Part shown: positions 57,659 to 64,000 of the stretch, one piece after another | Layout: each line of letters starts with the position of its first letter | How positions within the stretch are numbered: position 1 is the first letter of the stretch | IMG/VR virus record: IMGVR_UViG_3300025133_000063 | Coordinates: 1-64,000 of that record | Strand: one strand, 5' to 3' | Length of the DNA: 64,000 nucleotides | Source: a virus | Program-made: the position numbers and the translations under genes | The notes under the pieces: model-generated | The model's database searches: none | What the model saw: the letters and a program-made list of their open reading frames with translations, nothing else | What the model was told of the DNA's origin: nothing

Positions 57659-58660
57659 GTGCACTCCATTCTTTTAAAAAGTTATATTAATGAAGTAGCA
57701 CTCATAGATTATAACCATAAACAGATCAATGAAGCTCTTGAAATTAAAGAGCTCTTGCGTGATGTGGTTCGTACCGCTCTTGACGCTGGTGCTATAACAT
57801 TGTCTGGAGGAATGGGTGGTGACACAGTTGTAGATATAATATTTGCCGTGGAGTCATCTAAAGAAATACTAAAGGCTGTTAATGATGCTATTAATTCGGC
57901 TAATGAAATTGCCCAAGCACTGAAAGCGGCCATGGCGGCAAATATAAGCTCTGGCCCCGATTCGATTTATGCAGCAGTGGAGAACGTTATAGAAACAATT
58001 GTTGAAAATTCTGATTCTGCTACTGATACCATAGAAAATATGTCTTCTAAGGTTGAAGATCTTTTAAGCCGTTTGGCTGCATCTGTTGGCGATTGGGTCG
58101 CGACTGTGTTACCTGATGATGCTGGACTTGGTGGTATATTAGTTCGCGAGACGCTTCAAGAAATTATAACAAAACTTGGTCAAAATGTTTTTGATTTTGC
58201 CAAAGGTGCATTTTCAAAATTACCTACACAAGCACAAAATTTTATAGCAAGTCCAGAAGCCATGGCTAATTTTCTTAATGAAATAGCAAATAAGATCGTT
58301 GTACATTTAAGTCCTGATGGTGAAAATAACGAGGCCAATGGTGGTTTTTTAGGAATGGCGTCAACAGCAACAAATATAGTTCAGGGTGATTATAGTAAGC
58401 TTGCAAAAGATAAAGCTGTATCATTTTTAAATGGTGATTTTAGAAAAATGATTCCTGTTGCAACACAAATTTTAAATAAACTTATTACGGCATTTTTTGG
58501 TGGTGTTGCCGTAGCACAAATATTGGCAAACTGGAATGAACGGGATGAAGATGAAGAGCAAAATGAAGAGCAAGAGAGCCAAGAAGAATCGCTAGTTCGT
58601 GACTGTATTAAACATATGCTTTATGAAAATGCAACATTAATAAATGGACATGTAAAGTGA
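57659..58660 (+). CDS. Helical, Ala/Gly-rich tagged protein
   Basis: N-terminal 'LLKSYINE', C-terminal 'ESLVRDCIKHMLYE', and amphipathic or hydrophobic helices. Confidence 0.6.
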   Translation: MHSILLKSYINEVALIDYNHKQINEALEIKELLRDVVRTALDAGAITLSGGMGGDTVVDIIFAVESSKEILKAVNDAINSANEIAQALKAAMAANISSGPDSIYAAVENVIETIVENSDSATDTIENMSSKVEDLLSRLAASVGDWVATVLPDDAGLGGILVRETLQEIITKLGQNVFDFAKGAFSKLPTQAQNFIASPEAMANFLNEIANKIVVHLSPDGENNEANGGFLGMASTATNIVQGDYSKLAKDKAVSFLNGDFRKMIPVATQILNKLITAFFGGVAVAQILANWNERDEDEEQNEEQESQEESLVRDCIKHMLYENATLINGHVK

Positions 58661-59520
58661 AGATATTATTTTTACATGGTTTAGAATCTCAGCCTGGAGG
58701 TTCAAAAGTTAAATATCTTCAAGGCTTAGGGCATACTGTTTTAAATCCTCTTTTACCAAAACATGATTTCGATGAGTCAGTTAAAATTGCACAAGCGCTT
58801 ATAGATAGCGAACATCCTGAAATTGTTGTTGGTTCTAGTCGAGGCGGCGCTGTAGCCATGAACATCAATGCTCAAGGTGCTAGACTAATCTTAATAGCTC
58901 CTGCATGGAAGCGTTTTGGAAATTCTTCATCTATTCCGGTAAATACAACAATATTACATTGTAGAGACGATAAAATTGTACCATATAAAGATAGCGCTGA
59001 ATTAGGTGTTAATTTAATGAGTTGTGGTGATGATCATAGAATGTCTGACAAATTGGCTTTGACGGCTCTTGGACAAGCAGTTGGCTTACAAAAAGATAAA
59101 AATATGAAAACAGAAAATTTTCTTCGTAAATATATAAGAGAAACGTTGTGTGAATTTATAAATCAGCCGATTGGAACAGTGGATGGCGACGACCCTCGTC
59201 CCACACCATCAGAAGAAGAATTTGTTACTGGGCAGGATATTTTGGCTGGTTATATTGTTGTAAGTGATTCTCACGATAATATCATAGTAGGATACGCTCC
59301 AATAACCCGTACTGATGGTCCTGATAGACCCTTCCTTGTAAGGACGACTGACACCAAATGGCTTATTCCCTTTGGTATGGTGAGGGCCTTATATCCTCAA
59401 GTGGAGGACACATTTAACTGGGTCGATTCAAAGGAAGACTGGCGAGATCTCGGTGTTGGATCTCGTGGAACGGTTGGAAATTTTTCATGGGAGTGGTTAG
59501 AAAATGAACCTACTCCATGA
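58657..59520 (+). CDS. Alpha/beta hydrolase (YqiA-like) fused to a tagged C-terminal module
   Basis: 'FLHGLES', 'GSSRGG', 'D..V', 'DDH'; internal 'MKTENFLRKYIRETLCE' at 59104. Confidence 0.75.
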   Translation: MKILFLHGLESQPGGSKVKYLQGLGHTVLNPLLPKHDFDESVKIAQALIDSEHPEIVVGSSRGGAVAMNINAQGARLILIAPAWKRFGNSSSIPVNTTILHCRDDKIVPYKDSAELGVNLMSCGDDHRMSDKLALTALGQAVGLQKDKNMKTENFLRKYIRETLCEFINQPIGTVDGDDPRPTPSEEEFVTGQDILAGYIVVSDSHDNIIVGYAPITRTDGPDRPFLVRTTDTKWLIPFGMVRALYPQVEDTFNWVDSKEDWRDLGVGSRGTVGNFSWEWLENEPTP

Positions 59521-60643
59521 ATACATAAGAGTTTTACTCGAGCAAGAGCAAGGATCGAAAGGCAGTCTTATTGTTGTCGACATTCAACCAGAGTACGAGA
59601 GCGGCACACTGTTCGATGTCGGTGATATGTTAAGAGCTGCAGCAGAAGATTATTCCAGAGTGTTATTCTTATTCAACGGTGAAGACACTCTTGGTATGGT
59701 TTCAGAATCTGCACTAAAGAACTTCTATTTTGAAAAGCTTGACTACGATGAAGAAGTGTTTGATGAATTACTATCTAAGTCAGAGTTTTTTGACAAAGGC
59801 TACGGCTTCTTTAGGGACGTCATGGATTCCGATGCTTGCTTTGACCGCAACCAGGTTGTGAAAATCGTCAAATATATGATCGATAAAGACATTCAAGATA
59901 TTCGTGATCTTGAAGAAGAAGACATTGAAGTTATTGGGGTTAGTGAGCTGTTATTTGATGATCTTGAAGACTACGGATTCTGGGTTCCTGAACTATCTGA
60001 TGAGTTGCCTAATTGGAACGGATCAGATCTTGTAGGTGGCGCCAGAAACGAATGTATGGCTGAAGTTGAGATACTCGGCGTAGCACAAGGGTTAAGCTTT
60101 AATCACGTTGACAAGTTCATATATGAGGGCGACAATAGATATATAGAAACCTTGACAGAGGCTGCTACGTTTAAGCATAAGGGATCTACGGTTTATGGAC
60201 ACAAGATAGAAGACTTGCTCCGTAATCTTAAGAGGGGCGAAGGCATATATGAAGACGAAGGACTTGAAATGATAGAATTCCAGAAAGATTATCTGGAAGG
60301 CATGTCGAAGAAGCCGTCAGTCGAACTATACAGAGTAGTGTTTGCAAAGTCGATTGATGATGTCGATAGAAGTAATCTCGGGCATCACTATACAGACGAC
60401 TATGATTCGTTCACTTTGCAGATGATGGAATCTTTGTTATCTCAGGCGAGGCAGGAAAACCCTTCGCTTGAGCTGGAGGACGCTCGGATAGTAAAAGTAA
60501 GCGCCCCGGCAAATGCGATAGATTACGAAGAAGTTATGAGGACATGGTCATTATTCCCATATGAATATGAGATCACTCTAGGCGACACTAGCGGCGTAGA
60601 GATACTTGACATAGACGATGCTTACGAAAGTAGCGAGAGATAA
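59504..60643 (+). CDS. Leader-tagged fusion: isochorismatase/nicotinamidase-like domain plus ART-like domain
   Basis: MNLLHEYIRVLLE; 'LIVVDIQ', 'DKGYG', 'GGARNEC'; C-terminal 'LYRV', 'LGHHYT', 'YEYEI'. Confidence 0.6.
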   Translation: MNLLHEYIRVLLEQEQGSKGSLIVVDIQPEYESGTLFDVGDMLRAAAEDYSRVLFLFNGEDTLGMVSESALKNFYFEKLDYDEEVFDELLSKSEFFDKGYGFFRDVMDSDACFDRNQVVKIVKYMIDKDIQDIRDLEEEDIEVIGVSELLFDDLEDYGFWVPELSDELPNWNGSDLVGGARNECMAEVEILGVAQGLSFNHVDKFIYEGDNRYIETLTEAATFKHKGSTVYGHKIEDLLRNLKRGEGIYEDEGLEMIEFQKDYLEGMSKKPSVELYRVVFAKSIDDVDRSNLGHHYTDDYDSFTLQMMESLLSQARQENPSLELEDARIVKVSAPANAIDYEEVMRTWSLFPYEYEITLGDTSGVEILDIDDAYESSER

Positions 60644-60645
60644 AT

Positions 60646-61224
60646 ATGAACCTACTCCGTGAATACATAAGAGAACTCCTCACTGAATCTGTCGATCCCA
60701 AAATCATGTCAATGATTGATAAACTCGAGGAACTAGAAGGTTTTGTTGAGATCATGCCAGACAGAGCAGTGATTATGATTAACAAAGTTGTTGGGGAAGA
60801 TCGCTATCCGGTTCCACTCGGCCATGTGGCGTGGGGAGAAGGAAGGCTCGATGGTCCATGCCTTGGAGCAAAAATAGTATCTTCATCCACTATGAAAATG
60901 GGTTTTGGTCCGCTTGCTTACGATGTTGCGATTGAGGTAACCGGCGGACTAACATCAGATCGAGATTCAGTTACGAAATATGCAAATGCTGTCTGGGATC
61001 GATATATGAATGGTCGTCCTGATGTCCAAGTGCTACAAATGGATAATGATCGAAATCACCTAACTCCTGAAGACGAAGATAATTGTGAACAACGTTCCGC
61101 CAGAGTCGATTCAGGAGGATGGTCACCACCAGGCAGCTTTTGGGATTCTTCTTTGAGTAAGGTTTACAAAAAATCAGGCACTCCAGTCATGGATGAGTTG
61201 CGCCGAAGAGGGATGTTAGACTAA
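60646..61224 (+). CDS. Leader-tagged GNAT-like acetyltransferase
   Basis: MNLLREYIRELLTE; 'GFGPLAYD', 'LTSDRDSV...ANAVW'. Confidence 0.6.
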   Translation: MNLLREYIRELLTESVDPKIMSMIDKLEELEGFVEIMPDRAVIMINKVVGEDRYPVPLGHVAWGEGRLDGPCLGAKIVSSSTMKMGFGPLAYDVAIEVTGGLTSDRDSVTKYANAVWDRYMNGRPDVQVLQMDNDRNHLTPEDEDNCEQRSARVDSGGWSPPGSFWDSSLSKVYKKSGTPVMDELRRRGMLD

Positions 61225-61583
61225 TGGAACTCATCCGCGAATACATAAGAGATTTGATAAAAGAATCGATAGCTATCGGCCAATGTTATCCTCACGCTGT
61301 TAATATGGCAAAAGATTCAAAAGTGTCAGATAGAAATGATCTGTCGAAATTCAAGGTAGTGCACGGTCGAGTTACAAACAAATGGAATGATAAGTCATTT
61401 GAACATGCATGGGTTGAAAAGGGTGATATGATATTTGATTGGCAAACCCATTCAACAAAACCAGACGGTGTTCCTCATGATGTATACTACGATATGTATC
61501 AGCCTGAGATCTACAAAGAATACACCGGTGCAGAAACAATAATGAACTGTGTCAATTCAGGACATGCAGGACCTTGGCGATGA
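61224..61583 (+). CDS. Leader-tagged transglutaminase/papain-like Cys-His-Asp protein
   Basis: MELIREYIRDLIKE; 'GQCY', 'VVHG', 'HAWVE', 'IFD'. Confidence 0.65.
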   Translation: MELIREYIRDLIKESIAIGQCYPHAVNMAKDSKVSDRNDLSKFKVVHGRVTNKWNDKSFEHAWVEKGDMIFDWQTHSTKPDGVPHDVYYDMYQPEIYKEYTGAETIMNCVNSGHAGPWR

Positions 61584-61894
61584 AACTGTTACGTGAATAC
61601 ATAAGAGAGATGCTTAATGAACAAATAGACCTGCAGGCTGTTATAAATGATTTGGATAATCTTACTGCAGATGAGATCATGAAGCTGTGGCGTGCTGTCG
61701 CTACTGCCAGTAGGAAGAAAGAAAAGGAGATAAAAGCCGACTTTAACAAAGGCGACAAAGTCGAATTCGACCACGATGGCGAGACAATCACTGGCACTGT
61801 CGCCCGGCGAGGTGGAAAGTTTGTGAGTGTTAATGTTCACGGGTACGGCTCGCCGTGGAAAAGAAATCCATCTAGCCTGAGAAAAATATCATGA
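61580..61894 (+). CDS. Leader-tagged small protein with SH3/KOW-like C-terminus
   Basis: Start 61580 (ATGA overlap), MKLLREYIREMLNE; 'FNKGDKVEF...G.V......V.V....W'. Confidence 0.65.
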   Translation: MKLLREYIREMLNEQIDLQAVINDLDNLTADEIMKLWRAVATASRKKEKEIKADFNKGDKVEFDHDGETITGTVARRGGKFVSVNVHGYGSPWKRNPSSLRKIS

Positions 61895-62397
61895 ACATTC
61901 TCCGCGAGTACATAAGAGAGCTATTGAGAGAAAAACGAAATACCGCCGGCACCTTTTATCACTTTAGTAATGAAAAGTTTGATGAATTTAGTCTCTCCAA
62001 CGCGTCGGATAGCGCAATATGGGGGAAGGGAATTTATCTTTCTGACGACCCTGACGATTTGAGCGGCTGGGGGAAAGAAGACAGAAACCGAGGCTTCTTG
62101 TACACAGTGGAGATAAAATCCGATCAGAAAAATATTATAGATATGACACAACCGATCCCTCCAGAAATATATGAAAGGATTGAGGCGCATCTTGAAAGAC
62201 CTCTGTCAGACATAACCAAAGAGGATGGGATATTCCCTTTTAATACTTTAGATCGAAAATCTGGATCTGTGGCAAACGCAATGCGAGAAATGGGCTTTGA
62301 AGTTTTAAAGCACCCACCACCGGGTAGCCATAAGGGAAGCCATTATTTAGTCACCGAACCATCAGTTATAGGCGTTTTAGAGGTTCAACAACAATGA
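61891..62397 (+). CDS. Leader-tagged H-Y type ADP-ribosyltransferase-like protein
   Basis: MNILREYIRELLRE; 'FYHFS...FDEF', 'WGKGIYLS', 'G.LY.V', 'GF', 'YLV..P..I'. Confidence 0.62.
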   Translation: MNILREYIRELLREKRNTAGTFYHFSNEKFDEFSLSNASDSAIWGKGIYLSDDPDDLSGWGKEDRNRGFLYTVEIKSDQKNIIDMTQPIPPEIYERIEAHLERPLSDITKEDGIFPFNTLDRKSGSVANAMREMGFEVLKHPPPGSHKGSHYLVTEPSVIGVLEVQQQ

Positions 62398-62933
62398 ACC
62401 TCCTACGCGAATACATAAGAGAGCTGCTAGCTGAGGCTCCCACCCTTAACCACAAGGGGGATGAGAATTATTTCCGAGTTGAACTGGGAAGAATTGGATA
62501 TGCCCAAGGTGCCCGACATCTTAGGTTCCAAGACTGTCAAGCTGACGTCGATAAAATCATGCAAACACCTGAGTACCTGGTTGCTAAAGAAAAATACGAA
62601 ACCACCAACACGACGAAGGACATGGTTGAAGATCCGGATTCTCCGAATGGGTTCAGGATGCAGAAAAAACCAGCAACATTCCGGCCACCGTTCTACGATG
62701 TAGCAAATGCATGGATCCACGATGAAGATAATCGTGGCAAAGGTCATGGTAAAGAAATCTATAAAGCATTCATAGACAAAGCCAGTGAGTATGCAAAAAG
62801 AAGCGGTGGTGTCTTTATCGGAGCACATCACTGCACAATAGGTTCAGGCACATCAGAAGCGGCAAAGCGGGTTTGGAAATCTATAACTAAAAACTACACA
62901 TCATCTGGTGATGTTATCTTTATAGGATTATGA
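62394..62933 (+). CDS. Leader-tagged GNAT acetyltransferase
   Basis: MNLLREYIRELLAE; acetyl-CoA loop 'NRGKGHGK.IY' and 'TSEAAKRVW'. Confidence 0.7.
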   Translation: MNLLREYIRELLAEAPTLNHKGDENYFRVELGRIGYAQGARHLRFQDCQADVDKIMQTPEYLVAKEKYETTNTTKDMVEDPDSPNGFRMQKKPATFRPPFYDVANAWIHDEDNRGKGHGKEIYKAFIDKASEYAKRSGGVFIGAHHCTIGSGTSEAAKRVWKSITKNYTSSGDVIFIGL

Positions 62934-62934
62934 A

Positions 62935-64000
62935 ATGAGCTTACTTCGTGAATACATAAGGTTGTTAAGTGAAAAACAAGTTCGTGATCAAAAAAAGAAA
63001 CGTGTTCTTTATCACATTGGTCCACGCCCTGCAAAGCCTATGCCAATGTCTCGCCCTTATGCACAGTCCTGGCGCCGGTACTGGCTCGATCAAGGTGTGG
63101 AATCTGGAGTATTTTTCTCACCCAACCCAATTGACATAGCCCAGTATCATGGAATTAGTGGTGATGTTTATGCCTACAAAATTCCAGAGTGGGTAATTGC
63201 AAAAGCAGGCGGAGTCCACAGATATGATCATGGCTCTGAAGTGTTGATTTCTGCCGATGTATGGCAAGAAGCTGGAGATGAAATAGAGTTTCTTGGAAAG
63301 AGCATGCCGGAAAAAGAGCTTTGGGAGAAGATTGAATCTCTTGGAGCTGAACCATTAAGAAGATCTGCCGGAAGCCGACCAGGCTGGATGAGTGATGACG
63401 AATGGGAAAAAGCAAGTATGAACAAAACCACACAGAGTCATATATCTGGACTAAGATCTACTAAGCATCTAAAAAACGCCATCCGCATGATGAAGCCCAA
63501 TGAGCGTGACGAAGCTCTTACCGCGTTTGAGACTATTGATGTCCTTAGAAAAAAAGATTATGAGATAATAGATATGATCAAGAGCTATATGAATGAGTCA
63601 TCTCTTCGGGGTTACATAAAAGAGGTGTTGGAAAGTCAACCTGAAGAGCCAGATATGACTCAATACGTTGACGATCTAGAAAATGAGATTTTTACGATGC
63701 TTTTTCAAAAGAGCACATATGACTATCTTCAGTCTCAGGATGAAGGTATAGAATCGACGATGATCATGAATACATCTCTGTTTGATGAATATAATAATAT
63801 AAACGAAGTACATTTAGGTATCCTGGTGAACGATTCAGAGTCCGCGGACGTCGAAGCTGCATATGTTTGTGCCCCAGAGGAGAGGAATAAGTCGAACCTT
63901 GTGTTGAGTATCAATATTCCTAGAAACTATCCCCAGGTTGAGGGTTTCCAAGATTGGCTCAGTGCGGAGCTAGCCGATAGTTTATCTCACGAAATCCAGC
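62935..64000 (+). CDS. Leader-tagged modular protein (ART-like plus probable HExxH domain), 3'-truncated and absent from the ORF track
   Basis: Translated by hand and open to the window end. MSLLREYIRLLSE; 'LYHIG', 'GVFFS', 'VYAY', 'SEVLI'; internal tag 'MNESSLRGYIKEVLE' at 63589; ends '...SLSHEIQ'. Confidence 0.7.
   Translation, partial: MSLLREYIRLLSEKQVRDQKKKRVLYHIGPRPAKPMPMSRPYAQSWRRYWLDQGVESGVFFSPNPIDIAQYHGISGDVYAYKIPEWVIAKAGGVHRYDHGSEVLISADVWQEAGDEIEFLGKSMPEKELWEKIESLGAEPLRRSAGSRPGWMSDDEWEKASMNKTTQSHISGLRSTKHLKNAIRMMKPNERDEALTAFETIDVLRKKDYEIIDMIKSYMNESSLRGYIKEVLESQPEEPDMTQYVDDLENEIFTMLFQKSTYDYLQSQDEGIESTMIMNTSLFDEYNNINEVHLGILVNDSESADVEAAYVCAPEERNKSNLVLSINIPRNYPQVEGFQDWLSAELADSLSHEIQ

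Larger units (their letters stand above)
55180..62973 (+). repeat. Dispersed ~40-bp coding repeat with core (C)G(C/T)GAATACATAAGAG
   Basis: Copies at gene starts 55180 (variant), 55740, 59504, 60646, 61224, 61580, 61891, 62394 and 62935, plus a gene-end copy near 57000. Confidence 0.9.

Noticed and set aside
55180-62973. CRISPR array or diversity-generating retroelement explanation for the repeats
   Set aside because: The repeats are in-frame coding leaders separated by whole genes of 300-1100 bp. No cas gene, reverse transcriptase or adenine-variable TR/VR pair was seen.
817-63433. Numerous short minus-strand and nested ORFs in the track
   Set aside because: They are shadows of longer plus-strand genes with recognisable motifs. 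Only 19770-20459 has independent support.
53362-64000. Classical integron with attC sites
   Set aside because: There are no intergenic palindromic attC-like elements because the genes overlap directly, and no tyrosine integrase is in the window.
1-64000. Stop-codon reassignment (alternative genetic code)
   Set aside because: Conserved genes are full length in the standard code, and TAA, TAG and TGA all terminate genes at sensible positions.
1-64000. tRNA or rRNA genes
   Set aside because: Intergenic gaps are short and AT-rich, and no cloverleaf or T-loop signature was noticed. tRNAscan-SE or Aragorn would be needed to exclude them fully.
1-64000. Bacterial chromosome origin (recA, dnaE, groEL, def, sigma)
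   Set aside because: The gp32-like SSB, gp41-like helicase, endolysin, hub-like protein, dense unidirectional unknown ORFs and absence of bacterial operon context indicate a large phage.

Overview
This window is a gene-dense, AT-rich segment of a large tailed-phage (jumbo/'huge' phage) genome, with almost every gene on the + strand. From left to right it holds: the 5'-truncated end of a probable baseplate-hub/tail gene; a replication and recombination block (stand-alone PolA polymerase domain, HD nuclease, gp32-like SSB, RecA, flap 5'-3' exonuclease, DnaB-like helicase, class II ribonucleotide reductase); ClpP; an amidase endolysin; DnaE; and a probable cytosine-hypermodification operon (Asp-type thymidylate-synthase homologue, dNMP kinase, T4 BGT-like glycosyltransferase, sugar epimerase, dCMP deaminase). 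Next come acidic, probably virion-associated genes with SOD and PCD homologues, GroEL, an apparently split sigma-70 factor, peptide deformylase and cysteine synthase. The main discovery is at about 50-64 kb: a tandem, translationally coupled array of unrelated enzyme domains (several ADP-ribosyltransferase-like, GNAT-like, transglutaminase-like, hydrolase and HExxH domains). These share short leader peptides (MNLLREYIRELLxE or MKITKRQLRRIIRE), and the first leader is conserved even at synonymous DNA positions. I interpret this as a cassette array of capsid-targeted, injected effectors, which is an inference. Two recurrent promoter motifs were also found: TGAA-N18-TAtaAT and ATATTTA. All product calls come from motifs recognised by eye; no database searches were run.
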